Assembly (NCBI GenBank): GCA_951406725.2
Contig: OX597843.1
Location: 19,282,001-19,346,000 of the forward strand
Reading direction: 5' to 3'
Length of the DNA stretch: 64,000 nucleotides
Source: Octopus vulgaris
Lineage: Eukaryota
Shown here in pieces: positions 48,851 through 62,658 of the stretch. Under the pieces are notes generated by a model. It made no database searches. It was not told the DNA's origin and saw nothing but the letters and a program-made list of their open reading frames with translations. A program made the translations under genes and the position numbers. Positions within the stretch are counted from its first letter, which is position 1; each line of letters begins with the position of its first letter.

Positions 48851-49374
48851 CTGCAAATACATTATCATCATCAACATCATCATCACCATAATCACCAAAA
48901 TTCTTGCATCATTCAACACAACCATCACAGCCACCTCCATCATCATCATCATCATCACCAACACCACCACAACCATCACCATTGTTTTATAATCATTACC
49001 ATCCCCACCACCACCACCAGCAAGACCATTTCTTCGATGCCATCTAGAGATGTCTGTGTGTGTGGTTAGACTGCCACGTGATAGAATCACAAACCATTTC
49101 CTTCAAGCGGGGCCAACTAGCAGGAGACCAAGATGAGATGGTTGGATAACATCCAGTCTCCCCAGATCAAGCTGTGACCTCTTGACATCATTCATCAAGG
49201 TCACAGCTCTGGTAATATGGAGCTGTGATTAGAATGGCACAGCAAAGAATTGCAAGACAGATTCTTTAAGTTGAGCTAACTGGCAGAAGAGGTAGGCCAC
49301 AAACGGGATGGCTGGATAATCTCTAGAGTCTTAGGGGTGTCTCTCTCCAGGTCAAGCTGTTACTTTGGATATGT

Positions 49375-50120
49375 GATTAGAATGTCACTGGAAGGATTCA
49401 TAGGACAGACTTTGAAACCCAGCCCACTGACAAGAGACCTGGGTTAGACCAAGACCTAAGTGGTTGGATAACATCCATAGTCTCAGGAAGTCTCTCCAGG
49501 TTGAGCCACCACTTCTGTGCATTGAGAGGTCACAGCTCTGGTTCTGCAGACGCGAGGTTAGAATGTCACAGGAAGGATTCGTAGGACAGACTTTGAAACC
49601 CAACTCACTGGCAAGAGACCTGGGGTAGACCAAGACCTAAGTGGTTGGATAACATCCATACTCTCAGGAAGTCTCTCCAGGTTGAGCCACCACTTCTGTG
49701 CATTGAGAGGTCACAGCTCTGGTTCTGCAGACGCGAGGTTAGAATGCCACAGGAAGGATTCGTAGGACAGACTTTGAAACCCAACTCACTGGCAAGAGAC
49801 CTGGGGTAGACCAAGACCTAAGTGGTTGGATAACATCCATAGTCTCAGGAAGTCTCTCCAGGTTGAGCCACCACTTCTGTGCATTGAGAGGTCACAGCTC
49901 TGGTTCTGCAGACGCGAGGTTAGAATATCACAGGAAGGATTCGTAGGACAGACTTTGAAACCCAGCCCACTGGCAAGAGACCTGGGGTAGACCAAGACCT
50001 AAGTGGTTGGATAACATCCATAGTCTCAGGAAGTCTCTCCAGGTTGAGCCACCACTTCTGTGCATTGAGAGGTCACAGCTCTGGTTCTGCAGACGCGAGG
50101 TTAGAATGCCACAGGAAGGA
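49375..50120 (+). repeat. 181-bp tandem repeat x ~4 derived from an RTE-LINE C-terminal coding segment
   Basis: Period 181; VEPPLLCIERSQL..VRMPQE..GRPR.KWLDNI remnants. Confidence 0.85.
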
Positions 50121-51496
50121 ATCGCAAGATGGACACTTGAAGCTGAGCCAACTGGCAGGAGAATGGGGAGGAAGACCCAGAATGGTCATCATCCTAGGGA
50201 GTCTCGTTAGGTCAAGCCACCAGCTGTCCACGTTACTAAGCAGTCACAGATATGGGGCTGGAGACAAGGGATGTTATAAGGAAGAATCAAAAATGGATTC
50301 TTCATGAGGAGCCAACTGGCAGAAGACCAATGGGCCCTAGGAATAAGCTAGGGACAGGATGGTTGGATAATATCCATAGTTTCAGCTGGTTGTGCTTGGG
50401 AATCAAACATCAAAGGGTAATAACAGGTACTTCTCTTTGCCCCAGTTGTGGAACACCTATCATATCTAGAGGTGATGTGAGTTCAAATCCCATGGCCACC
50501 CTATAAATTTTCTGTTCAAAAGGGTCTTTCAATACAATATTTACATGCATATATATTATGTGAAAGGAGTGCTAAAAAGTTCCTGGCTTTCAGGGAATTG
50601 CGAAAGGCCTGGCTGAAGGTGTAAAATTCCGATTTCTTTTACTGGGTTTAGAAAAACTGAAGGACTGAGAGGGGAATATGTTGAATAAAATCCTAAATAA
50701 CTGATCCTCCTCTATTTTCTTTTACCCAAAACCAGCAACTTTGCATTTATATATTCTTTTATTCTTTCAGTTATTTAACTGTGGCCATGTTGGAGCACCA
50801 CGTTTAGTCAAACAAATCAATACCCAGGACTTATTCTTTGTAAGCCTAGTACTATTTTATAGGTCTCTTTTGCTGAAATGATAAGTTATGGGGATGTAAA
50901 CACACCAATATCGGCTGTCAAGGGATGGTGGAGGGACAAACAAAGACACAAATACATACATACACACACATATATATATACAATTGGCTTCTTTCAGTTT
51001 TTGTCTACCAACATCCACTCACAGGACTTTGGTCGGCCTGAGGCTATAGTAGAAGACACTTGGCCAAGGTGCCACACAGTGGGACTGAACCCAGAATCAT
51101 GTCGTTGGGAAGCAAGTTTCTTACCCAACAGCCACTCATCTTTCTAAACAGGGCTAATTTAGCTTGTTCCTCTGCAGACTGAAAAAATAATGAACTTAAT
51201 TGATTTTCATACCTTATTGGACTCTCGTTAGAGGCGTCCGGTTCAATTATATGAATGCCAGAGGAACAAGCAGCCAATCAGTTTAATTACTCAACAAATT
51301 TAGCAACAACTAATTTGCATACTGTAAGGGTTCATCATTTCATTTAATATTAGGGACATGTTAAAGCAGCAAGCTGGCAGAATCATTAGCACACCGGACA
51401 AAATGCATGGTGGTACTTTATCACTTTTATGTTCTGAGTTCAAATTCTGCTGGGGTTGATTTTGCCTTTCATTCTTTCAAGATAAATAAAATTAGT

Positions 51497-51878
51497 ACCT
51501 ATTTCTTTATTACCCACAAGGGGCTAAACACAGAGGGGACAAACAAGGACAGAGAAACCGATTAAGTCGATTACATCGACCCCTCTGCGTAACTGGTACT
51601 TATTTAATCGACCTCGGCGGAATTTGAACTCAGAACGTAAAGACAGACGAAATACCTATTTATTTATTACCCACAAGGGGCTAAACACAGAGCGGACAAA
51701 CAAAGGTATTAAGTCGATTACATTGACCCCAGTGCGTAACTGGTACTTAATTTATCGACCCCGAAAGGATGAAAGGCAAAGTCGACCTCGGCGGAATTTG
51801 AACTCAGAACGTAACGGCAGACGAAATACCGCTAAGCATTTCGCCTGGCATGCAAATGGTTCTGCCAGCTCGCCGCCT
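51497..51878 (-). mobile_element. SINE family B, two partial tandem copies
   Basis: Deu/Nin-like motif and head in reverse complement. Confidence 0.75.
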
Positions 51879-52040
51879 TAATTCAAAATAAAATTCGAAC
51901 CAGCTGAGCCCTGGGGGTTGAGGTAATTGAGCTACCTACCTCACCCAAAATTGCAGGCTTTGTGCCAAAGTTTGAAATACTTATCAAGGAACTGTCAATA
52001 GGGGTCTCAGTCCACACAGTATGAAGGGATGATTGCTTAC

Positions 52041-52209
52041 CTGGAGGAATCTATGAGAGCTGTGTCTGGATCAACGGGGGGAATGTCAAGAAATCCACAC
52101 AATTTGATAATTCTACTGCAGAATTTTCTGCCAATGTCCTGGTCCAGTTCCATCGTGAGCTGCACCAAAACCTGAATGACTGGGTTGGCTAATTTGTGTG
52201 TGAAATATG
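52041..52209 (-). CDS. NOP9: NOP9 exon (not in the ORF track)
   Basis: YFTHKLANPVIQVLVQLTMELDQDIGRKFCSRIIKLCGFLDIPPVDPDTALIDSS; TTTTTCAG / GTAAGC; phase 1 to 2. Confidence 0.85.
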
Positions 52210-52757
52210 CTGAAAAAGAAAATTAGAAAGAAGGGACCAAAATAAAGTAGCTTAGCAGAAGAAAACATCGAATTGTGATCTCAGAATATAACAAAATTAA
52301 ACATTGAAACAGAATCCGTGGTACTGTGGTACATTAGATGGAGGATGAGGATGTAGGTAACTTGCTTCCCAGCCAGACGGTTCCAGGTTCAGTCCTACAG
52401 CATGGCACCTTGGGCAAGTGTTTCCTATTATAGCCTCAGGCCGACCAAAGCCTTGTGAGTGGATTTGATAGACAGAAACTGAAAGAAGCCCGTCATATAT
52501 GCTGGCGTGTTTATGGCTCCGTAACTTAGTGGTTCAGAAAAAGAGACCAATAGAATAAGTCCTAGGATCAATTTGCTCAACTAAAGGCGGTGCTCCAGCA
52601 TGGCCGCAGTCAAATGACTGAAACAAATAAAAGAATAAAAGTAAAACTGTGTTCAATTCATTTGACTAAAGTCAGTGCCCCAGCATGGCCTGCAGTCTAA
52701 TGACTGAAACAACCAAAAGATATGTAATACATATATACATATGTATTGTATATTATA

Positions 52758-53176
52758 CTAGCAGCATAGCCCGGCATTGCCCGGGTATGTAAGAGCCCCT
52801 GGAGCAGACATGATGCTCGCAGTGAATTTAGAAAAAAATTCCTGCCAATTTGTGAAAGATATTGTTGAAAATATGTCATCTTGAATTTGAACGCGATTTC
52901 CCAAAATGGCATGATTTTATCAATTTTTTCTGATGGTAAGGTATTGCATGGAAAACTAACGTCAGAATTAAGTTTCTTAGGGTAACATTAATCTTCACCA
53001 TGAGTTTGGTGAAAATCAATTGCAAGTTGCAAAAACTACAACAGAAAATGTGTTGCATATAAAAAGCTTAGATTCTCGACCCCATGTCGAATTTATCGAT
53101 TTTTAGCCGTGGTCAGGGTGAGGGTACAACCTGACAGACACACAGACAGACAAACTGCCATTTATATAGAGAGAGA
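52758..53176 (-). mobile_element. Non-autonomous Helitron (variant 3' end, different middle)
   Basis: CCCGGGCAATGCCGGG hairpin + CTAG; TC 5' end as in 34407. Confidence 0.78.
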
Positions 53177-53222
53177 TATGCATTATATATGCATGCTGTT
53201 ATAATTAAATAATACAATATGT

Positions 53223-54260
53223 AGGTGCAGGAGTGGCTGTGTGCTAAGTAGCTTGCTAACCAACCACATGGTTCCCGGTTCAATCCCACTGCGTGGCACC
53301 TTGGGCAAGTCTCTTCTGCTATAGCCCCGGGCCGACCAAAACCTTATGAGTGGATTTGGTAGACGGAAACTGAAAGAAGCCCGTCGTATATATGTATATA
53401 TATATATATGTGTGTGTCTGTGTTTGTCTCCCTAGCATTGCTTGACAACCGATGCTGGTGTGTTTACGTCCCCGTCACTAAGCGGTTCGGCAAAAGAGAC
53501 CGATAGAATAAGTACTGGGCTTACAAAGAATAAGTCCCGGGGTCGATTTGCTCGACTAAAGGCGGTACTCCAGCATGGCCGCAGTCAAATGACTGAAACA
53601 AGTAAAAGAAAGTAAAAGAAATATGTACATTGTACAGGTTGGGCAGGGACACTGTCCCACTATGGAATAAATATTTACAATATAGGAACAGGAGTGGCCG
53701 TGTGGTAAGTAGCTTGCTTACGAACCACATGGTCCCGGGTCCCTTGGGCAAGTGTCTTCTTCTATAGCTTCGGACTGACCAAAGCCTTGTGAGAGTTTTT
53801 GATAGACAGAAACTGGAAGAAGCCCGTCGTGTGTGTGTGTGTTTGTCCCCCAACATCACTTGACAACCGATGGTGGTGTGTTTATGTCCCTATAAAGGTG
53901 GTGCTCCAGCATGGCTGCAGTCAAATGACTGAAACAAGTAAAAGAATAATATACATATAGGCGCAGGAGTGGCTGTGTGGTAAGTAGCTTGCTTACCAAC
54001 CACATGGTTCCGGGTTCAGTCCCACTGCGTGGCATCTTGGGCAATGTATGTGTGTGTTTGTGTGTCTGTGTTTGTCCCCCTAGCATTGCTTGACAACCGA
54101 TGCTGGTGTGTTTACGTCTCCGTCACTTAGCGGTTCGGCAAAAGATACCGATAGAATAAGTACTGGGCTTACAAAAGAATAAGTCCCCAGGTTGATTTGC
54201 TCGACTAAAGGCGGTGCTCCAGCATGGCCGCAGTCAAATGACTGAAACAAGTAAAAGAAT
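53223..54260 (+). mobile_element. Cluster of three family-A SINEs
   Basis: Heads at ~53223, ~53688, ~53959. Confidence 0.8.
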
Positions 54261-54294
54261 AATATACATTCTCAAACAGGTAATCTATACTTAC

Positions 54295-54396
54295 AATAAA
54301 TGTTCTCCAATGCGCAAATATGTTTTGATATTTTAAAAAACCATTTAATGAAATTCTCGTCTTCATTTGCAATTTTCAGTTGGAAATCTTTTGCAT
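54295..54396 (-). CDS. NOP9: NOP9 exon (not in the ORF track)
   Basis: DAKDFQLKIANEDENFIKWFFKISKHICALENIY; TTTCAG / GTAAGT; 102 nt, phase 1 to 1, bridges both neighbouring exons. Confidence 0.8.
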
Positions 54397-54524
54397 CTGA
54401 AATTAATGAAAAGGCTTTTAAGAGCGTTCCAGCATTGTCCGTTGTTTGTTGATATTGAGACAGATATATGGAAAAATCCCCGACAGCATTGTCATTTAAT
54501 ATTTGTATTCTATGAGTTGGTCTG

Positions 54525-54602
54525 GGAGGAATCTATGAGAGCTGTGTCTGGGTGAACGGGGGGAATGTCAAGAAATCCACACAATTTGATAATTCTACTG
54601 CA
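54525..54602 (-). pseudogene. Duplicated ~78-bp fragment of the NOP9 exon at 52041-52209
   Basis: Nearly identical to 52043-52120; no splice sites retained. Confidence 0.85.
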
Positions 54603-56201
54603 AAGTAAAGGATTTTGAAGAAAAGAAAAATACGCAGAAATGAGAAGAGAACCAAGGAAAGATTAACACAGGAATGGTAACCCAATATGTGGTAAGCCTT
54701 ACCTTGCTAAGGATGGCTTATCTTCACAGCATTTGTGAGCCCAAATAGCAAAACGATCATTTAAGCCGATACGTATAAAGTTCGTAGTAAGATATGTAAG
54801 ACCAACATTGCTCAAGCAAAAACATATATCGCAATTTTGAAGTTATCTCTACAGATGTTCTACAGAAACTAGCGCTAACACCGATTTGTTATGTTTGTAT
54901 ATGAATCTGTCTAATGTGAACAGCAAAACAAAAACGGAAAACTAGTTAAGGGGTGTATAATGGATATTAGAGGATTTCTTTCTCTTTCAAGAGTACTACA
55001 TCCAACCGAATTGGCCACCAAATACAGCAGTGAAACATAAATGGAGAGACCAAATTTACATATTAAACCCATTCCTGGCAACTGGTGTATATATATTAAT
55101 GACTTGAAGGGACATCATACTTTTTGTTTTGCAGACATAAAATACCGTAAATCCTCGAGTATAATCTGCATTTTTCCCCCGCAAAATTTAAAGGTCAAAA
55201 TCCCTTGAGCGTACTATACACGAGGTTAAAAATGAAAAATATTTTCTAAGCAATGTCCGAGTCTCTCTTTGCTGTCTGGCAATGTTTATTCAGATGCATT
55301 TTGTGATGTCAGGTGCAAAAATACCTTAAGCTAAGCCTGAAAGCAATGAAGTCATAAAAGAATCATTCATAACTTGCAGTAAGCAACATTTATTAAAATA
55401 AAAGTATTCAGAACACAGAATAACTTGTAACAAAAACATTTTGCAAACATATTTACATTCCCATATAACAGTTAAGAACATCACCATTATTGTATTACGC
55501 ATGCGCGGAAGGCTGGAGGGTAAATCAGCCGAAACATTGTGTTAACAAAAAACAAGACATCAAATGCAATAAGATTGAAGACAGGTAAAAATAGGTAACG
55601 AGTGTCAGTATCACACCTGACCCATTAACCATCCACAAACACATTTTTTAAACGGCCGCAACTGGAGACACCAATTTCACATATGAAACACTTTCCTGGC
55701 AACAGGTATGTACTTATGAATTGCTGGTAGGGGTGGTCGATACCAGTGTCACCTGACTGGCTCCCATGCCGGTGGCACATAAAAAGCACCATTCGAGCGT
55801 GGTCAAAGCCAGTGCCGCCTGACTGGCACCGTGTCAGTGGTATGTAAAAAGCACCCACTACACTATCAGAGTGGTTGGCATTAGGAAGGGCATCCGGCTG
55901 TAGAAACCTTGCCAGATCAGATTGGAGCCTGGTGCAGCCTCTTGGCTTGCCAGCCCCCAGTCAAACCATCCAACCCATGCCAGCATGGAAAGCAGATGTT
56001 AAACGATGATGATGATATATTACAAAGTATATTAATTCAATAGTGTGTCTCAGCTTTTTTCTTTAAAGTTATCTCCACGGAGATTCTACAGCACTGCTAA
56101 CAGAGGGGAGGCATAGTATCAACTGATAAGCCTTCAATGGACTTGGTAGTAATTGTGTGGTCGCATAACAAAACACAGTGTCCCCTACTGGCAATTAAAT
56201 A

Positions 56202-56932
56202 TAAATGTGGTCTGATCAATAAGTATCCAGACCGGTGCTATAAAAACAAAACTACAACATGTACCAATTTGGCATTTCATCTCCTTCCAAGTGGTCCTCT
56301 TCGGAAGCCACACACTTAATCCAGTGCTGTTTCCGTTAATGGAAGCATTCCTGGAACTTGTTTTCTGGAATAATCAGCAGCTGCCTCATCACACTCACTT
56401 TGATTTCTTTGATATCCTGAGATCTTCTGCCTCTCAAGCGAGATTTGATTTTTGGGAAGAGGAAAACATCATGAGGGATGCGATCTGGGGAATACGGTGG
56501 CTGTCGGACCTGGGGGAATGCTGTGCCTGGCCAAAAACTGCTGCTGAATGGGCAGGTGCGTTGTCACGGTGCAAATGCCACTCACCGGACACATGCAATT
56601 GTGGCCTTTTCCAACGACCAGCATCCAGTAAAACATCACAGTAATACTCCTGGTTTACTGTCTGACCAGCTGGAGCATACTCATGATGGACAATGCCCTT
56701 GTAGTCAAAGAAAACGGTCAGCAGTGTCTTTACATTGCTTTGATTCATTTGTGCTTTCTTTGATCTCAGAGAGGTTGGGGTCTTCCACTGTGAAGACTGA
56801 GCCTTTATTTCGGGGTCATACCCATAGAACCATGATTCATGGTCAATCTGTGCCAAGCAGTTCCACTCTGCATGCTTTAGCTTTGTTACTATGGCGACGG
56901 CTTGGATACTTATTTTGATCAGACCACATTTA
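56202..56932 (-). mobile_element. Mariner (Tc1/mariner) internal-deletion derivative
   Basis: TIRs TAAATGTGGTCTGATCAATAAGTATCC / GGATACTTATTTTGATCAGACCACATTTA, TA flanks; ESWFYGYDPE, LTVFFDYKGIVH, GQTVN, LHRDNAPAH. Confidence 0.9.
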
Positions 56933-56934
56933 TA

Positions 56935-59900
56935 CAAACCTGGGCACCAAACTATTAATCGTTAATTAACAAAATTAACATTTTTGTTAAGAATTTCCCT
57001 TTCAAGTTAACTTTGGAAATCATTATCAGACTAATTCACTCCCATTACATCTAATTTCTGTTAATTTAAATTCAATTGAAGTTAGGGGATTTTATAGTTT
57101 TGGTCCCCTTTAAAGGGGTTTTTTGGTGGTTTTAGAGTAAAAACTGATTGTTTTTTTCTATAATAATTAACATTAATGGTTTACTAATAACTTCAGTTAC
57201 ATTTTTGAAGAATTAACCGACTGACGGTTAACGAAGATAACTTTTGGTTAATAGTTTAATGGTTAACGAAGATAACTTTTGGTTAATAGTTTAATGGTTA
57301 ACGAAGATAACTTTTGGTTAATAGTTTAATGGTTAACGAAGATAACTTTTGGTTAATAGTTTAATGGTTAACGAAGATAACTTTTGGTTAATAGTTTAAT
57401 GGTTAACGAAGATAACTTTTGGTTAATAGATTAATGGTTAACGAAGATAACTTTTGGTTAATAGATTAATGGTTAACGAAGATAACTTTTGGTTAATAGA
57501 TTAATGGTTAACGAAGATAACTTTTGGTTAATAGATTAATGGTTAACGAAGATAACTTTTGGTTAATAGATTAATGGTTAACGAAGATAACTTTTGGTTA
57601 ATAGATTAATGGTTAACGAAGATAACTTTTGGTTAATAGATTAATGGTTAACGAAGATAACTTTTGGTTAATAGATTAATGGTTAACGAAGATAACTTTT
57701 GGTTAATAGATTAATGGTTAACGAAGATAACTTTTGGTTAATAGATTAATGGTTAACGAAGATAACTTTTGGTTAATAGATTAATGGTTAACGAAGATAA
57801 CTTTTGGTTAATAGATTAATGGTTAACGAAGATAACTTTTGGTTAATAGATTAATGGTTAACGAAGATAACTTTTGGTTAATAGATTAATGGTTAACGAA
57901 GATAACTTTTGGTTAATAGATTAATGGTTAACGAAGATAACTTTTGGTTAATAGATTAATGGTTAACGAAGATAACTTTTGGTTAATAGATTAATGGTTA
58001 ACGAAGATAACTTTTGGTTAATAGATTAATGGTTAACGAAGATAACTTTTGGTTAATAGATTAATGGTTAACGAAGATAACTTTGGTTAATAGATTAATG
58101 GTTAACGAAGATAACTTTTGGTTAATAGATTAATGGTTAACGAAGATAACTTTTGGTTAATAGATTAATGGTTAACGAAGATAACTTTTGGTTAATAGAT
58201 TAATGGTTAACGAAGATAACTTTTGGTTAATAGATTAATGGTTAACGAAGATAACTTTTGGTTAATAGATTAATGGTTAACGAAGATAACTTTTGGTTAA
58301 TAGATTAATGGTTAACGAAGATAACTTTTGGTTAATAGATTAATGGTTAACGAAGATAACTTTTGGTTAATAGATTAATGGTTAACGAAGATAACTTTTG
58401 GTTAATAGATTAATGGTTAACGAAGATAACTTTTGGTTAATAGATTAATGGTTAACGAAGATAACTTTTGGTTAATAGATTAATGGTTAACTAAGATAAC
58501 TTTTGGTTAATAGATTAATGGTTAACGAAGATAACTTTTGGTTAATAGATTAATGGTTAACGAAGATAACTTTGGTTAATAGATTAATGGTTAACGAAGA
58601 TAACTTTTGGTTAATAGATTAATGGTTAACGAAGATAACTTTTGGTTAATAGATTAATGGTTAACTAAGATAACTTTTGGTTAATAGATTAATGGTTAAC
58701 GAAGATAACTTTTGGTTAATAGATTAATGGTTAACGAAGATAACTTTTGGTTAATAGATTAATGGTTAACGAAGATAACTTTTGGTTAATAGTTTAATGG
58801 TTAACGAAGATAACTTTTGGTTAATAGATTAATGGTTAACGAAGATAACTTTTGGTTAATAGATTAATGGTTAACGAAGATAACTTTTGGTTAATAGTTT
58901 AATGGTTAACGAAGATAACTTTTGGTTAATAGATTAATGGTTAACGAAGATAACTTTTGGTTAATAGATTAATGGTTAACGAAGATAACTTTTGGTTAAT
59001 AGATTAATGGTTAACGAAGATAACTTTTGGTTAATAGATTAATGGTTAACTAAGATAACTTTTGGTTAATAGATTAATGGTTAACGAAGATAACTTTTGG
59101 TTAATAGATTAATGGTTAACAAGATAACGTTAATAGATTAACTAGATAACTTTTGGTTAATAGATTAATGGTTAACTTGAAGATAACTTTTGGTTAATAG
59201 ATTAATGGTTAACGAAGATAACTTTTGGTTAATAGATTAATGGTTAACGAAGATAACTTTGGTTAATAGATTAATGGTTAACGAAGATAACTTTTGGTTA
59301 ATAGATTAATGGTTAACTTAAGATAACTTTTGGTTAATAGATTAATGGTTAACGAAGATAACTTTTGGTTAATAGATTAATGGTTAACGAAGATAACTTT
59401 TGGTTAATAGATTAATGGTTAACGATAACTTTGGATAACTTTTGGTTAATAGATTAATGGTTAACGCAGATAACTTTTGGTTAATAGATTAATGGTTAAC
59501 GAAGATAACTTTTGGTTAATAGATTAATGGTTAACGAAGATAACTTTTGGTTAATAGATTAATGGTTAACGAAGATAACTTTTGGTTAATAGATTAATGG
59601 TTAACGAAGATAACTTTGGTTAATAGTTTAATGGTTAACGAAGATAACTTTTGGTTAATAGATTAATGGTTAACGAAGATAACTTTTGGTTAATAGATTA
59701 ATGGTTAACGAAGATAACTTTTGGTTAATAGATTAATGGTTAACGAAGATAACTTTTGGTTAATAGATTAATGGTTAACGAAGATAACTTTTGGTTAATA
59801 GATTAATGGTTAACGAAGATAACTTTTGGTTAATAGATTAATGGTTAACTAAGATAAGATAACTTTTGGTTAATAGATTAATGGTTAACGAAGATAACTT

Positions 59901-61568
59901 TTGGTTAATAGATTAATGGTTAACGAAGATAACTTTTGGTTAATAGATTAATGGTTAACGAAGATAACTTTTGGTTAATAGATTAATGGTTAACGAAGAT
60001 AACTTTTGGTTAATAGATTAATGGTTAACGAAGATAACTTTTGGTTAATAGATTAATGGTTAACGAAGATAACTTTTGGTTAATAGATTAATGGTTAACG
60101 AAGATAACTTTTGGTTAATAGATTAATGGTTAACGAAGATAACTTTTGGTTAATAGATTAATGGTTAACGAAGATAACTTTTGGTTAATAGATTAATGGT
60201 TAACGAAGATAACTTTTGGTTAATAGATTAATGGTTAACGAAGATAACTTTTGGTTAATAGATTAATGGTTAACGAAGATAACTTTTGGTTAATAGATAA
60301 ATGGTTAACGAAGATAACTTTTGGTTAATAGTTTAATGGTTAACGAAGATAACTTTTGGTTAATAGATTAATGGTTAACGAAGATAACTTTTGGTTAATA
60401 GTTTAATGGTTAACGAAGATAACTTTTGGTTAATAGATTAATGGTTAACGAAGATAACTTTTGGTTAATAGATTAATGGTTAACGAAGATAACTTTTGGT
60501 TAATAGATTAATGGTTAACGAAGATAACTTTTGGTTAATAGATTAATGGTTAACGAAGATAACTTTGGTTAATAGATTAATGGTTAACGAAGATAACTTT
60601 TGGTTAATAGATTAATGGTTAACGAAGATAACTTTTGGTTAATAGATTAATGGTTAACGAAGATAACTTTTGGTTAATAGATTAATGGTTAACGAAGATA
60701 ACTTTTGGTTAATAGATTAATGGTTAACGAAGATAACTTTTGGTTAATAGATTAATGGTTAACGAAGATAACTTTTGGTTAATAGATTAATGGTTAACGA
60801 AGATAACTTTTGGTTAATAGATTAATGGTTAACGAAGATAACTTTTGGTTAATAGATTAATGGTTAACGAAGATAACTTTTGGTTAATAGATTAATGGTT
60901 AACGAAGATAACTTTTGGTTAATAGATTAATGGTTAACGAAGATAACTTTTGGTTAATAGATTAATGGTTAACGAAGATAACTTTTGGTTAATAGATTAA
61001 TGGTTAACGAAGATAACTTTTGGTTAATAGATTAATGGTTAACGAAGATAACTTTTGGTTAATAGATTAATGGTTAACGAAGATAACTTTTGGTTAATAG
61101 TTTAATGGTTAACGAAGATAACTTTTGGTTAATAGATTAATGGTTAACGAAGATAACTTTTGGTTAATAGATTAATGGTTAACGAAGATAACTTTTGGTT
61201 AATAGATTAATGGTTAACGAAGATAACTTTTGGTTAATAGATTAATGGTTAACGAAGATAACTTTTGGTTAATAGATTAATGGTTAACGAAGATAACTTT
61301 TGGTTAATAGATTAATGGTTAACGAAGATAACTTTTGGTTAATAGATTAATGGTTAACGAAGATAACTTTTGGTTAATAGATTAATGGTTAACGAAGATA
61401 ACTTTTGGTTAATAGATTAATGGTTAACGAAGATAACTTTTGGTTAATAGATTAATGGTTAACGAAGATAACTTTTGGTTAATAGATTAATGGTTAACGA
61501 AGATAACTTTTGGTTAATAGATTAATGGTTAACGAAGATAACTTTCCGATTAACGGTGCCCACCTGTG
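56935..61568. mobile_element. TIR element (MITE-like) enclosing a 4.3-kb satellite
   Basis: Ends CAAACCTGGGCACC / GGTGCCCACCTGTG, TA on both sides. Confidence 0.55.
57226..61545. repeat. 35-bp AT-rich satellite x ~123
   Basis: GGTTAACGAAGATAACTTTTGGTTAATAGATTAAT, highly homogeneous. Confidence 0.97.
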
Positions 61569-61803
61569 TATATATGTTCTTTTTTTTCTTTTACTTGTTT
61601 CAGTCATTTGACTGCAGCCATGCTGGAGCACCTCCTATCGTCAAACGAATTGACCCCAGGACTTATTTTTTTTATAAGCGTAGCACTTATTCTATTGGTC
61701 CCTTTTGCTGAACCACTAAGTTATGGGGATTAAAACACACCAACATCAGTTGTCAAATTATGGTGGTAGGAGGACAAACACAGACACAGAAGCATATGCA
61801 TAC

Positions 61804-61864
<61 letters not shown>

Positions 61865-62153
61865 GTAAAAAATAAATACAGACATGGACAAGAACATGAA
61901 ACACCAAAGAGACGACACAAGAACCACAGGACGGGACATTCGAAGCCCTCAGTCATTAGTCAAGAACCAGATCATCTTCGCAATTAATCTTGAGATTGCT
62001 CCGAACTGGGCAGCCCCCAAGGGGAATCTAAGCCAAGCGCATTAGATCCCTTGGAAGAAAGCTTCGAATGTATACAACAACAACAAGGGACGGAAAACGA
62101 ACGATGTACACGAATAAAAATACAGAATACGTGACAACAATAAGGAAAGCACA

Positions 62154-62208
<55 letters not shown>

Positions 62209-62210
<2 letters not shown>

Positions 62211-62612
62211 CGCATGAGTGGCTGTGTGGTAAGTAGCTTGTTTACCAACCACATGGTTCCGGGTTCAGTCCCACTGCGTGGCACCTTGGGCAAGTGTCTT
62301 CTACTATAGCCTCGGGCCGACCAAAGCCTTGTGAGTGGATTTGGCAGACGGAAACTGAAAGAAGCCCGTCGTATATATGTATATATATATGCGTGTGTGT
62401 ATGTTTGTGTGTCTCTGTTTGTCCCCCAAGCATTGCTTGACAACCGATGCTGGTGTTTTTATGTCCCCGTCACTTAGCGGTTCGGCAAAAGAGACCAATA
62501 GAATAAGTACTGGGCTTACAAAAGAATAAGTCCCGAGGTCGAGTTGCTCGATTAAAGGCGGTGCTCCAGCATGGCCGCAGTCAAATGACTGAAACAAGTA
62601 AAGAGTAAAAGA
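62209..62612 (+). mobile_element. SINE family A, flanked by oppositely oriented partial copies (~61590-61790, ~62655-62810)
   Basis: Matches the 7019 element. Confidence 0.85.
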
Positions 62613-62614
62613 GA

Positions 62615-62658
<44 letters not shown>

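Noticed and set aside
55505-55545. Hammerhead (GGCTG..CAGCC-GAAAC)
   Set aside because: CUGANGA core is missing; at best a dead relic
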